Below are positions 10,363 through 20,778 of a stretch of DNA of 64,000 nucleotides, piece by piece (the stretch's first letter is position 1; every line of letters starts with the position of its first letter). A program made the position numbers and the translations under genes. Under the pieces are notes generated by a model. The model was not told the DNA's origin. It saw only the letters and a program-made list of their open reading frames with translations, and did no database searches. This DNA comes from an uncultured Anaerolineaceae bacterium (GTDB lineage Bacteria > Chloroflexota > Anaerolineae > Anaerolineales > E44-bin32): positions 2,879 through 66,878 of the forward strand of contig CAYLOO010000003.1 in the NCBI GenBank assembly GCA_964385355.1, in the 5' to 3' direction.

Positions 10363-12402
10363 TTGACGAGGCGTAACATGTATTGGTTTAGAACCGGCAA
10401 CGCGCTAGATGGACTCGCCCTCATTCCTTTCTTCTTTCTTTTCACATTGGGTGGGTGGTTATTATCAACGCACGCTTTCAAACTCAAGTCCCGAGAGCGC
10501 GTAATCGTTGGTTTTGGGCTTGGTTTAGCGCTCACTCTTTGGTTCTCAAATTTGCTTGGGCGATGGATTCCACCCCAGATCGCCTTCTGGGGCGCCGCAG
10601 GATTGGTTCTCCTCTTGGGTTTATTATCCACAATCTGGTCGGATCGCCCATTTCTCGATAAAGCGGATCTTCAGGCCTGGCCTCTACTGCTGTTCTTCAT
10701 GGGGATCACACTTCTCTTTACTTTGATGGGACGCGGTCTGGGGATCTTCGACGATCGCAAGAACCTCTCGATCATTTCAACCATGGCTGCAGGTGACTTA
10801 CCCCCGCATTTCTACATGAATTCAGGGTTCTTGTTTAAATATCATTACGGATTCCAGTTATTCGGAGCGAGTTTAATGCGCGTGGGCGGACTTTTCCCCT
10901 GGAGTGCGTTTGATTTAAGTAAAGGGATAACCGCGGCGTTAGCGATTACCCTTGCTTACCTATGGGGCTGGCGAGTCACATATCGAAAGATCGGTGGTGT
11001 AATCACCGCATTTGTGTTGACCTTCGCATCGGGAGGGCGGTGGTTGTTGACTTTGCTGCCACCCTCGATCCTTTCCCGGGCCGGGGCTCAACTCACCTTG
11101 TGGGGTTCCGGTGCACAATCTGCCCCCGATCTTCTTCAAGGACTCAGTTCCAACTGGGTCATCGCGAACGGGCCACCGGTTCCAATCCCCTTCGCCTTTG
11201 TGAACGGCATCCTCCAACCTTTCATCCTTTATCTACAAGCTGGACCGAAATCTCTTGCACTGGCTTTGCTTCTCCTGCTACTCCTGATCTTCCGTAGCCG
11301 CGTGAACAGATTTGGTTTAATTGTATTAACGCTTCTTTTAGCGATGTGGGGGCTCACTGCAGAAGCGGAATTTGTGCTGTTTGCACTCGGGCTCTTCACC
11401 GCATTTATTGTTCTACGTGCCTGGAGGGTGGGACCCGTCTGGCGGTTGGAGCTTCGCACCGGAATTGTCATGTTGGCTATAGCGTCGGCAATAATCATCT
11501 TCCAGGGTGGGACGATTACCGAGACTGTTAGGGGCATCATATTGCCAACCGAAGTAGCTTTTTCAGGGACAGCAGGTCCATCCGTTGGCTTCTCACTGCG
11601 GTTCCCTCCTGCGATCGTGTCCGCCCACTTGGGTGAGCTGCGAATCACCAAACCGGGAGAGCTACTCATTGGACTTATGGAAATTGGTCCTGCCTTGCTC
11701 TTGGCACCGTTGATCGCATGGGCATCCATCCGTTGGGCAAAACGGGGCCGCTTCCTATACCTCGCCATTGCCATTAGCACCTTCTTTGGTTTTGTCATTC
11801 CCCTGTTTCTTCGCTATGAAGTCGATCGAGATATCACACGCCTAACCTATTATGCTTTGATGGGTTGGATAATCTTAACCGCGCCCCTTTTGAACACGTT
11901 TTGGCATTTAAAGCACCCGAATTGGATCCGGGCTGTTGTCGTGACGGTGGCAGCCTTTGGTGTTTTCGGAGGTTTGGTCGTCGCGGGATCGCTATTTGCA
12001 GCCATTCCAAAAGCAGTGTTTGCCGACGTAATTGAGCCGGTTGATGCTGCCATGACTCGACTCGTGTGGGACGAACTCGAGCCGGGGGTGGAGGTACTTG
12101 ATTCGCGCGGTTGGAGGGCGGTTCCGATTACCGGTCGACTGACGCGTTCTGCGGTTGATAGCTACGACGAGTCAGATTCATGGACTGATCTAGTAGCTTT
12201 CCCCGATGTTCACCAGGTCTCGGATGCGGGTTATCGGTATATCTACGTAGATGAGTTCTGGTGGGATTCCATGCCGGAGGTTGCACGGGATTCTTATATG
12301 GACTCCTGTGTAAAAGTGTTTCAAGAATTGCACGATAATGCTGCTAATGGTTCTCGTTGGTTATTTGATATTAGCGAGTGTGGATTAGACACAGAATCCT
12401 GA
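10363..12402 (+). CDS. Large polytopic membrane protein with soluble C-terminal domain, GT-C-like candidate
   Basis: 679 aa from TTG 10363; ATG 10378 is an alternative start. Loop motif IFDDRKNLSIISTMAAGDLPPHFY, many TM segments, and an acidic C-terminal domain (YRYIYVDEFWWDSMPE). Confidence 0.4.
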   Translation: MTRRNMYWFRTGNALDGLALIPFFFLFTLGGWLLSTHAFKLKSRERVIVGFGLGLALTLWFSNLLGRWIPPQIAFWGAAGLVLLLGLLSTIWSDRPFLDKADLQAWPLLLFFMGITLLFTLMGRGLGIFDDRKNLSIISTMAAGDLPPHFYMNSGFLFKYHYGFQLFGASLMRVGGLFPWSAFDLSKGITAALAITLAYLWGWRVTYRKIGGVITAFVLTFASGGRWLLTLLPPSILSRAGAQLTLWGSGAQSAPDLLQGLSSNWVIANGPPVPIPFAFVNGILQPFILYLQAGPKSLALALLLLLLLIFRSRVNRFGLIVLTLLLAMWGLTAEAEFVLFALGLFTAFIVLRAWRVGPVWRLELRTGIVMLAIASAIIIFQGGTITETVRGIILPTEVAFSGTAGPSVGFSLRFPPAIVSAHLGELRITKPGELLIGLMEIGPALLLAPLIAWASIRWAKRGRFLYLAIAISTFFGFVIPLFLRYEVDRDITRLTYYALMGWIILTAPLLNTFWHLKHPNWIRAVVVTVAAFGVFGGLVVAGSLFAAIPKAVFADVIEPVDAAMTRLVWDELEPGVEVLDSRGWRAVPITGRLTRSAVDSYDESDSWTDLVAFPDVHQVSDAGYRYIYVDEFWWDSMPEVARDSYMDSCVKVFQELHDNAANGSRWLFDISECGLDTES

Positions 12403-12489
12403 ACTGAATAAATCTTTCGACCGGGTATACATGAGTTAACTGGCGTTAGGAATTTCTTTGCCGCCTCCTTTCTGGCCTTTTGGTCATGC

Positions 12490-12517
12490 TTGACTGTGAA
12501 TAACATAGGGTTATAAT
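12490..12517 (+). promoter_or_regulatory. Near-consensus sigma-70-type promoter of the regulator gene
   Basis: TTGACT (12490-12495), a 16-nt spacer, then TATAAT (12512-12517). RBS GAAGGAG sits about 7 nt before ATG 12546. Confidence 0.6.
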
Positions 12518-12530
12518 TCAGCCACTGAAT
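12516..12530 (+). promoter_or_regulatory. Palindromic operator candidate ATTCA-GCCAC-TGAAT overlapping the -10 box
   Basis: The perfect inverted repeat is AATTCAG-CCA-CTGAATT at 12515-12531. The same ATTCA-N5-TGAAT architecture occurs at 3181-3195, and with one mismatch at 35104-35118 and 40969-40983. Confidence 0.45.
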
Positions 12531-12545
12531 TTTAGAAGGAGTACC

Positions 12546-13076
12546 ATGGTGCAAGCAGAGCAATCGGACCGTGAGCTTGGACTGCTTACCGAGATCGAAC
12601 GCGATCCGGATATTACCCAGGCGGGGTTGGCGACTAAACTTGGTGTTGCCGTAGGGACCGTAAATTGGCACCTCAAACGATTGACCGCTAAAGGGTATGT
12701 GAAGGTCAAGCGTGCGGAGCGGAAGAAACTGCGCTATATCATCACGCCGGAAGGGCTTGCCCTGCGTGCTCGATTGACGGTGGCGTATATCGATAATTCA
12801 ATGATGCTCTATCGCCAAGTTAGAGAAGAAGCCCAGCGAATATTATCGACTGCACAGAGGAAAAATGTGTCTGCTGTGCGAATTGTGGGTGACGGAGATA
12901 TCGCAGATATATGCCGTTTGACCTGTCTGGAACTAGGCATCCAGATCGTGGATAGTGAATCAAGGGATCATGTGCCCATAATCATGGTCGAAGGTCGAGA
13001 GATCAATATTATCGACAACAAGACTGGTGAGATTGGCATACCCCAACCAGGCAGTCACATAACACAAGAACTCTAG
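12546..13076 (+). CDS. Winged-helix transcriptional regulator, EPS-associated MarR-like, with extra C-terminal domain
   Basis: The N-terminus LLTEIERDPDITQAGLATKLGVAVGTVNWHLKRLTAKGYVKVKRAERKKLRYIITPEGLALRARL matches my recollection of the EPS-locus MarR family. An extra ~70 aa at the C-terminus (VRIVGDGDIADICRLTCLELGIQIV) belongs to no family I recognise. Confidence 0.65.
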   Translation: MVQAEQSDRELGLLTEIERDPDITQAGLATKLGVAVGTVNWHLKRLTAKGYVKVKRAERKKLRYIITPEGLALRARLTVAYIDNSMMLYRQVREEAQRILSTAQRKNVSAVRIVGDGDIADICRLTCLELGIQIVDSESRDHVPIIMVEGREINIIDNKTGEIGIPQPGSHITQEL

Positions 13077-13142
13077 CGATATGTCTGATCAAGGATCGGT
13101 TGCATTGAATGATCGCCTGTTAGGGCGAGCGTAGAAAACTAA

Positions 13143-14120
<978 letters not shown>

Positions 14121-14135
14121 CGTTCAGGGAAAGTT

Positions 14136-14996
14136 GTGACCCAAACGACATCTTCACTTGAAAAACAAGTAGTAGAGAAGTTAACAGTCATCCGACCCTC
14201 GCGCGGGTGGGCGTGGATCGATCTCCGTGAGCTTTGGCGTTATCGTGAGCTCATCTACTTTCTCGTGTGGCGCGATATCAAGGTTCGATACAAACAAACC
14301 TTGCTTGGTGCAGCCTGGGCGATCTTAAAACCATTCCTAAGTATGGTCATTTTTACCGTGATATTTTCAGGCTTGGCAAATTTGGATACGGACGGTGCTC
14401 CACCCCCTGTTTTCTATTTCTCCGGTTTGCTCCCGTGGGTGCTTTTTCAGGACGGCGTTGCTAAAGCGGGGAACAGCCTTGTTACCGGCAGCAGCCTGAT
14501 CACGAAAGTCTACTTCCCACGTATTGCCATTCCCTTGGCATCTGTCTTGGCCGGCGTCGTTGATTTTTCACTTTCTTTTCTCGTGCTAGTCGGAATGATG
14601 ATTTTTTACGGCGTCCGCCCTACAGAAGCGATATGGACATTACCTTTGTTCCTCCTTCTAGCATTGGTGACCGCTCTAGGTGTGGGGCTATGGCTTTCAG
14701 CGTTGAATGTGCAATACCGCGATGTGGGTTATGTGACACCTTTCCTTCTCCAGGCGTGGATGTATGCTTCACCAGTGGTTTATTCAGCGACGCTAATCCC
14801 GGAAGGCTGGGCGAGGATCGCCTATGGGCTTAACCCGATGGCGGGTGTGGTTCAGGGATTTAGATGGGCGATCCTGGGAGTGGGAGAACCGCCTTCGGGG
14901 CTAATAATCATTTCAATCGTGATGGCGATATCACTTCTCATCAGTGGGATGCTCTACTTCAAACGTATGGAACGAACATTCGCCGATGTGGTGTAA
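14136..14996 (+). CDS. wzm: ABC-2 type polysaccharide export permease
   Basis: 286 aa with a GTG start. The motif YRELIYFLVWRDIKVRYKQTLLGAAWAILKPFLSM is followed by six hydrophobic segments, which is the canonical Wzm/TagG/KpsM pattern. Confidence 0.85.
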   Translation: MTQTTSSLEKQVVEKLTVIRPSRGWAWIDLRELWRYRELIYFLVWRDIKVRYKQTLLGAAWAILKPFLSMVIFTVIFSGLANLDTDGAPPPVFYFSGLLPWVLFQDGVAKAGNSLVTGSSLITKVYFPRIAIPLASVLAGVVDFSLSFLVLVGMMIFYGVRPTEAIWTLPLFLLLALVTALGVGLWLSALNVQYRDVGYVTPFLLQAWMYASPVVYSATLIPEGWARIAYGLNPMAGVVQGFRWAILGVGEPPSGLIIISIVMAISLLISGMLYFKRMERTFADVV

Positions 14997-14999
14997 CGA

Positions 15000-16265
15000 A
15001 TGATGAAGGACGCAATTAGGGTTGATGATCTTGGTAAGCGGTATCGAATCGGCGGTTTGCCGAGTGGGTATCGTACATTGCGAGATGCTCTGGCGAGCAG
15101 CCTACGCCTGTTGAGTCGCCGCGACCCCCCACCATCGAAAGACACCATTTGGGCGTTGCGACATATTAATTTCAATGTGGAACGAGGACAAGTGCTCGGT
15201 ATTATCGGCCGGAATGGCGCCGGGAAAAGCACACTCTTAAAGTTGCTCTCACGCGTTACGGATCCTACAGAGGGAAAAGCGGAGATCTATGGGCGCGTCG
15301 GATCTCTTTTAGAGGTCGGCACAGGCTTTCACCCCGAACTCACCGGACGGGAAAATATTTATCTTAATGGCGCCATCCTGGGTATGAAGCGCACCGAGAT
15401 CAAGAGCAAGTTCGATGAAATCGTGGACTTCGCGGAGGTGCGAAAATTCATCGAGACACCGGTGAAACGCTATTCCAGTGGCATGTACCTTCGCCTTGCT
15501 TTCGCTGTAGCGGCTCATTTAGAACCGGAGATCCTCGTCGTTGACGAGGTTCTAGCAGTCGGAGATGCAGAGTTTCAGCGCAAATGTCTGGGCAAGATGA
15601 GCGATGTTGCCCATGAGGGGCGGACAGTACTTTTTGTCAGTCATAATATGTCGGCAATTCTTCGCCTGACCGAAGAGACGATTGTGTTGGATAAGGGTCA
15701 GATTGTAATGCGGGGCCCCACGTCTGAGGCCGTGGATTTCTATATGACCTCGGAAATGGCGCGTTCGGGGGAGCGCCGGTGGGAACCAGGCGATGATTAC
15801 CAGACCAACAACCTGTTTCATCCGCTTGCCATTCGCGTTCTTGATTCTCAAGGTCGAGTAGCAGATCGAGTGATCTCTTCCGAGGATTTCAGTGTGGAGT
15901 TCGAGTATGAGCTTCAGGAGGAGATAACCGGTTTGCGAGTGGGGATGTACTTGGCTACAAGCCGAGGCGAGCAGGTTTTCACATCCTTTGATACAGATAA
16001 TCCAGAGACATACGAACGTCTCATGGAACGACGCAAGGGTCACTATATCAGCCGCTGCTGCATCCCTCGAGACCTTCTCAATGGGGGGATCTTCATCCTC
16101 GGTGTAAATGCCAGTTCATTTCGTATACGGTCGTACTTCACAGATGAACATGCGCTGACCTTCACCGTCGATCCAACGGGCGCTCCGGGCAGCCAGTGGG
16201 CAGAACCTCGGCGTGGACCTGTTCGCCCGGCACTGAACTGGGAAATCACCGAGGCGGTCGCTTGA
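15000..16265 (+). CDS. wzt: Polysaccharide ABC exporter ATP-binding protein with C-terminal Wzt_C-like glycan-binding domain
   Basis: Walker A GIIGRNGAGKSTLLK, signature YSSGMYLRLAFA and Walker B ILVVDEVLAVGD. About 170 extra C-terminal residues (AIRVLDSQGRV...SVEFEYELQEE...GVNASSF) look like the beta-sandwich carbohydrate-binding module of O-antigen Wzt proteins. Confidence 0.85.
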   Translation: MMKDAIRVDDLGKRYRIGGLPSGYRTLRDALASSLRLLSRRDPPPSKDTIWALRHINFNVERGQVLGIIGRNGAGKSTLLKLLSRVTDPTEGKAEIYGRVGSLLEVGTGFHPELTGRENIYLNGAILGMKRTEIKSKFDEIVDFAEVRKFIETPVKRYSSGMYLRLAFAVAAHLEPEILVVDEVLAVGDAEFQRKCLGKMSDVAHEGRTVLFVSHNMSAILRLTEETIVLDKGQIVMRGPTSEAVDFYMTSEMARSGERRWEPGDDYQTNNLFHPLAIRVLDSQGRVADRVISSEDFSVEFEYELQEEITGLRVGMYLATSRGEQVFTSFDTDNPETYERLMERRKGHYISRCCIPRDLLNGGIFILGVNASSFRIRSYFTDEHALTFTVDPTGAPGSQWAEPRRGPVRPALNWEITEAVA

Positions 16266-17872
16266 CGTCCGTGAAGGAATTTTTGCGAAATAGTGCCGCG
16301 AGAATACCGCTCAGCGCTGAGATCTATCAGTCGTGCTTCTCCAGAGGCAATGTGCCTACGGAGGGATATTCTCTGGAGCGTTTGGACAACATTTTACCCG
16401 CGTGGGTCGAGGCTGTAGAAATACTCCACGAGAACGCCAACATCCATCAGCGCCGCCGGATCCTCGTCATCGGTTATCTTCGATGGTGGCTTGAGTATGC
16501 AGTTGCTGTCAGCCTTCTACTCGCAAGTCGAGGGCACCATGTAGACTTGGGTTTTCTCCCTTATAGGGATTGGAAAACTCCAGTACCCCTTTTTGATATT
16601 CGCCGTCAAAGAGTCTATCTGCGGAAGGTCCTCGCACCCATTCTGAACCTTATAAGCCTGCATGATTTATCTGTGTCCCAAAGCAAAGCACTGCCAACGG
16701 AGCTGGTTAAAATCATTGACAATGCAGCCAGGATTGATGTGCAATACAGCACGATGCGTGAGGAACTGGATCTTCGGGATGGCGGGCCGGATGCAGAAAT
16801 CTACCAATTACGCTTGGAGCGGAATCAAGCGGCAGCCGCGAACACTTTAAGTCTCCTTGACGAGATTTCTTATGACACAATCGTGATCCCCAATGGGAGT
16901 GTCCTGGAATTTGGGGTGATTTTTCAGACGGCGAGGTTTCTCAATACCAACGTGGTCACGTATGAGTTCGGTGAACAGCGGGAAAGGATATGGCTGGCTC
17001 AGAATGATGAAGTTATGCGGCTGAATACAACCAGCCTTTGGAAGGCAAAGGATGATGAGCCGCTGTCAAAGGCGCAAGAGAATGAACTGCGAGACCTATA
17101 TCGTGCACGTCGTGGCGGACGCACTTGGGAGAACTTTGGCCGTCAGTGGCAAACTGCCGAGAGCAAGGACGCTCAGGAAGAACTCGCACTTCTTGGAATT
17201 GACCCAGAAAAGCCCGTGGTTCTATTGTGTACGAATGTTGTAGGGGATAGCTTGGCCCTCGACCGGCAGGTATTCACTGAAGGCATGGCTGAGTGGCTCA
17301 GGATGACTGTCGATTATTTTTCTGGTTGCTCGGATGCCCAATTGGTCGTTCGTGTACACCCTGCTGAACTCATTTTGGCGGGTAATCCATCGGTGGAGAT
17401 TGTGCGCGACTCATTCCCGGATCTCCCCGAAAACGTCATCCTCATTCCACCGGAATCGAAGATAAACACCTATGATTTAATTGAAATCGCGCATCTAGGT
17501 CTGGTTTACACGACGACTGTGGGTTTAGAGATGGCGATGAGTGGGGTACCGGTTATTTCCGCGGGGTGTTCTCATTATCGGGGGAGAGGGTTTACCTATG
17601 ATCCTTCAACTTCAGAGGATTATTTAAAGGCAATCGATCAGAGGCTTGCGGAGCCACTTGATCGGCGTCTACCAGATGATCAGATTGAGCTTGCTATCCG
17701 TTATGCCTACCTGTTCTTCTTTAAATACCCGTTCCGATTTCCCTGGCATTTGCTACAGTTCTGGGAAGACATAACTGAACGACCTCTGGAGCAGGTCATT
17801 CAGCCGGGGTTTATTTCGGTGTACGAAGAGACGTTGAATGCATTGTCAGGTGAACCGATCGTCAGGGAGTGA
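16262..17872 (+). CDS. GT-B-like protein resembling capsule biosynthesis KpsC/KpsS family (Capsule_synth-like); paralogue of 45094..46722
   Basis: Track ORF 16196..17872. TTG 16262 overlaps the wzt TGA (TTGA) and is the likelier start. Motifs VVLLCTNVVGDSLALD, LVVRVHPAE and GLVYTTTVGLEMAMSGVPVISAG resemble the KpsS/KpsC C-terminal pattern. The assignment rests on recalled motifs only. Confidence 0.4.
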   Translation: MTSVKEFLRNSAARIPLSAEIYQSCFSRGNVPTEGYSLERLDNILPAWVEAVEILHENANIHQRRRILVIGYLRWWLEYAVAVSLLLASRGHHVDLGFLPYRDWKTPVPLFDIRRQRVYLRKVLAPILNLISLHDLSVSQSKALPTELVKIIDNAARIDVQYSTMREELDLRDGGPDAEIYQLRLERNQAAAANTLSLLDEISYDTIVIPNGSVLEFGVIFQTARFLNTNVVTYEFGEQRERIWLAQNDEVMRLNTTSLWKAKDDEPLSKAQENELRDLYRARRGGRTWENFGRQWQTAESKDAQEELALLGIDPEKPVVLLCTNVVGDSLALDRQVFTEGMAEWLRMTVDYFSGCSDAQLVVRVHPAELILAGNPSVEIVRDSFPDLPENVILIPPESKINTYDLIEIAHLGLVYTTTVGLEMAMSGVPVISAGCSHYRGRGFTYDPSTSEDYLKAIDQRLAEPLDRRLPDDQIELAIRYAYLFFFKYPFRFPWHLLQFWEDITERPLEQVIQPGFISVYEETLNALSGEPIVRE

Positions 17873-17878
17873 GCGGAA

Positions 17879-18811
17879 TTGGAAAACGAAATACTCGGAT
17901 TACCTGAAATCGAGCCCGATGTTAAGCAACGGGTGCGCGAGTTCTACGATTCCGTTGGTTGGAAACAGGTAGGCTCAGGTCTTTATCAGAACGCGCGCTA
18001 CGAGGACCTAAGACCGGTTTCTCGTGAATATATCCACCGGTGCCATATGCGAGTTAACCGTTACCTGAAGAAGACGGGGAAATTCCTGCTTGATGCGGGA
18101 TCAGGACCGATTCAGTATCCGGAGTACCTTGAATATTCTTCCGGTTATCAATATCGTGTTTGCCTGGATATATCATTTCTTGCTCTGGACGAAGCCCGAG
18201 AACGTATCGTGAGTCACGGCTTGTTCGTTGTCGGTGATGCGGCGAATTTACCTTTCAAACGCGAGGCATTTGATGGGGTTGTGTCGCTGCACATGGTTCA
18301 CCATCTCCCGGCGGTGCAACAGCGGCAAGCGTTCGATGAGTTCCACCGTGTGCTTGCTCCGGGGGGGCAGGTGGTTGTGGTCTATAGCTGGGGTGAGCAT
18401 GCTCTCATTGTGCGTCTCACACGACCATTTATCCGATTCGCTTTTTCCCTACAGAGGGGCTACGGTCGGTTGCGACAAAAAAGTGAAGGTATAACACCTC
18501 AAGCAGAGATACAGAGCCACGATGGCAATACCCAACCGGCTCAAGCTACAGGCACCTTCACATACAAGCATGATTACCACTGGGTACGGCAAGAATTGCG
18601 CAATCTTCCTGATCTGCGGGTTGTTGTCTGGAGGAGTGTAAGCACGTCTTTCATGCGGGCCTTTATCTTCCGCCGCCTGCTCGGGCGTTGGTGGTTGCGC
18701 CTGCTCTATTGGCTTGAGGAGCGCGCCCCACATCTTTTCGGTAGGATTGGCCAGTACCCCATGATATTAATTAGCAAACCGCCTGTCGTCGAGAAGCCAT
18801 ATTCGAGGTGA
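17879..18811 (+). CDS. Class I SAM-dependent methyltransferase (paralogue of 26731..27642)
   Basis: Motif I LLDAGSGPIQ, then GDAANLPFKREAFDGVVSLHMVHHL and LAPGGQVVVV. TTG start. Confidence 0.8.
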   Translation: MENEILGLPEIEPDVKQRVREFYDSVGWKQVGSGLYQNARYEDLRPVSREYIHRCHMRVNRYLKKTGKFLLDAGSGPIQYPEYLEYSSGYQYRVCLDISFLALDEARERIVSHGLFVVGDAANLPFKREAFDGVVSLHMVHHLPAVQQRQAFDEFHRVLAPGGQVVVVYSWGEHALIVRLTRPFIRFAFSLQRGYGRLRQKSEGITPQAEIQSHDGNTQPAQATGTFTYKHDYHWVRQELRNLPDLRVVVWRSVSTSFMRAFIFRRLLGRWWLRLLYWLEERAPHLFGRIGQYPMILISKPPVVEKPYSR

Positions 18812-18816
18812 AGATT

Positions 18817-19821
18817 ATGGATTGGAATGAGAAAACCATCCTGGTTACAGGTGGAACAGGTTCGTTTGGCCGTAAATTTGTGAAGATCATGCTAGAGGGT
18901 TATCAACCGGCAAAGCTGATCGTGTTTAGCCGGGATGAACTCAAGCAGCATGAGATGCGCTCTACCGGGTTTGACCATCCCAGTCTGCGCTACTTCATCG
19001 GGGATGTGCGGGATTTAATGCGTCTGCGACGAGCGATGCAGGGTGTAGATATCGTCGTCCATGCCGCCGCACTTAAACAGGTGCCTGCCTGCGAATACAA
19101 CCCCATCGAAGCCATTATGACCAATATCATCGGTGGGCGAAACGTCGTCGAAGCTGCGCTCGATACCGGCGTTGAGAAAGTTATGGCGCTAAGCACCGAC
19201 AAAGCAGTCAACCCCATCAACTTATATGGCGCGACCAAGTTGGCGGCTGAGAAATTGTTTATCCAGTCCAATGCCTATGCAGGAGGTGGGGGGACAAGAT
19301 TCTCGTGTGTGCGTTACGGAAACGTTGTCGGCAGTCGGGGGAGTGTGGTCCCGATGTTCCTCGAGCAAAGGCCAACAGGGCGCATCACCATTACCGACGA
19401 GCGCATGACCCGGTTCTGGCTCTCGTTAGAAGAAGGCGTTCGATTCACCATCCGGTGTATCGAACAAATGGAGGGCGGGGAGGTTTTCGTCCCCAAGATC
19501 CCCTCCATGCGGGTCTTGGATCTGGCTAAGGCGATCGCTCCTGAAGCTGATATCGAAGTGATCGGCATTCGCCCGGGGGAGAAACTACACGAAGTATTGG
19601 TGTCCGAAGATGAAGCGCGGCATACCCTGGAACTGGAGGACATGTACGTTGTTGAACCTGCCGGGGCATTGTGGTTTGGCCATGAATGGCGGAGTTTGGG
19701 GAAGCCATTGGTGGAAGGCTTTCGCTATGCCAGCAACAGTAACGAGAACTGGCTCGAGGAGGGTGAAATTCGCAAGCTGGTAGCGCCATTCGATAATACA
19801 TCTGCGAGGGGGCAGAAGTAG
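18817..19821 (+). CDS. pseB: UDP-N-acetylglucosamine 4,6-dehydratase (inverting), PseB/FlaA1-type
   Basis: MDWNEKTILVTGGTGSFG, FSRDELKQHEM, FIGDVRD, STDKAVNPINLYGATKL, VRYGNVVGSRGSVVP, RMTRFW, FVPKIPSM and GIRPGEKLHE are nearly colinear with H. pylori FlaA1/PseB as recalled. GAGGTGA lies 7 nt before ATG 18817; GTG 18808 is an alternative start. Confidence 0.8.
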   Translation: MDWNEKTILVTGGTGSFGRKFVKIMLEGYQPAKLIVFSRDELKQHEMRSTGFDHPSLRYFIGDVRDLMRLRRAMQGVDIVVHAAALKQVPACEYNPIEAIMTNIIGGRNVVEAALDTGVEKVMALSTDKAVNPINLYGATKLAAEKLFIQSNAYAGGGGTRFSCVRYGNVVGSRGSVVPMFLEQRPTGRITITDERMTRFWLSLEEGVRFTIRCIEQMEGGEVFVPKIPSMRVLDLAKAIAPEADIEVIGIRPGEKLHEVLVSEDEARHTLELEDMYVVEPAGALWFGHEWRSLGKPLVEGFRYASNSNENWLEEGEIRKLVAPFDNTSARGQK

Positions 19822-19823
19822 TC

Positions 19824-20744
19824 TTGGTGCGATTGCTGATCACCGGCGCTAGCGGTTTGCTGGGAGCAAACATCGTCCTGGATGCGCACAGGGAACACGA
19901 GGTAATCGCGGTCTATCATCGGCATGCGATTGAACTGAAAGGGGCTCAATCAGTATCAGCTGATCTGAGTCAGCCGGGTAGAGTGAAGGAGTTGTTCGAT
20001 CGTTTTCAGCCGGAATGGGTAATCCACTGCGCAGCGGATACATCGATCGATGAACTTGAGGGTGATCCTACGCGAGCATTTCGCGCGAACCGGGATATGG
20101 CGGCTAACGTGGCTGAAGCGGCGCGGGAAATCGGAGCCAAGATGGTGCACATTTCAACGGATGCGGTCTTCGATGGCCGCGAGGGACCATACCGGGAGGG
20201 TGACCCGACGGAGCCAGTGAATGTCTATGGGAAGAGCAAGCTCGCCGGTGAGCATGCCGTACAAGCGGTCTGCCCAGAAGCCCTGATCATCCGTACGAAT
20301 ATCTTTGGCTGGAATGCTCAACCGAAGAGTTCTCTAGCGGAGTGGTTTATCAACAACCTTAAGCAAGGAATACCGTGCAAGGGATTTGTTGATGTGTATT
20401 TCAATCCATTACTCGTAAATCATCTATGGGTAATCATCAAGAATTTATTGAAATCAGATTTGTGGGGTGTATTTCATGTGGGGTCGGATCAATGTATATC
20501 AAAGTTCGAGTTTGGGGTCCGTCTTGCAGAATCCTTTGATCTTAAGAAGGAACTAATTAGCGCCATTGAGATTGAGAAGGTAAGTTTTCGAACTCCCCGT
20601 CCCAAAAACACTTGTCTTGATTGCTCTAAGACTAGAAAAGTTATTAACGTAGGATTGCTGGACCTAGAATCAAATATTGATTTCTTCCATGAACTTGAGC
20701 AATTGGGTTATGTTGAAGAAATCAGGAAAATGGTTGTCCAATAA
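19824..20744 (+). CDS. NAD(P)-dependent sugar-nucleotide reductase, RmlD (dTDP-4-dehydrorhamnose reductase)-like
   Basis: Motifs LLITGASGLLGANI, VIHCAADTSID, VHISTDAVFDG and NVYGKSKLAGE (YxxxK). The length and layout fit the RmlD substrate-binding family. Confidence 0.65.
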   Translation: MVRLLITGASGLLGANIVLDAHREHEVIAVYHRHAIELKGAQSVSADLSQPGRVKELFDRFQPEWVIHCAADTSIDELEGDPTRAFRANRDMAANVAEAAREIGAKMVHISTDAVFDGREGPYREGDPTEPVNVYGKSKLAGEHAVQAVCPEALIIRTNIFGWNAQPKSSLAEWFINNLKQGIPCKGFVDVYFNPLLVNHLWVIIKNLLKSDLWGVFHVGSDQCISKFEFGVRLAESFDLKKELISAIEIEKVSFRTPRPKNTCLDCSKTRKVINVGLLDLESNIDFFHELEQLGYVEEIRKMVVQ

Positions 20745-20778
20745 TTCGTCCACACCGCAGAACTTAAGGATATCCGAA

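Noticed and set aside
13104-13110. ATTGAAT half-sites upstream of fcl (13104-13110) and of the Wzz-like gene (62622-62628), considered as full operator copies.
   Set aside because: The partner ATTCA arm at the N5 spacing is missing in both. A 7-mer alone is expected by chance several times in 64 kb, so they are kept only as weak supporting observations.
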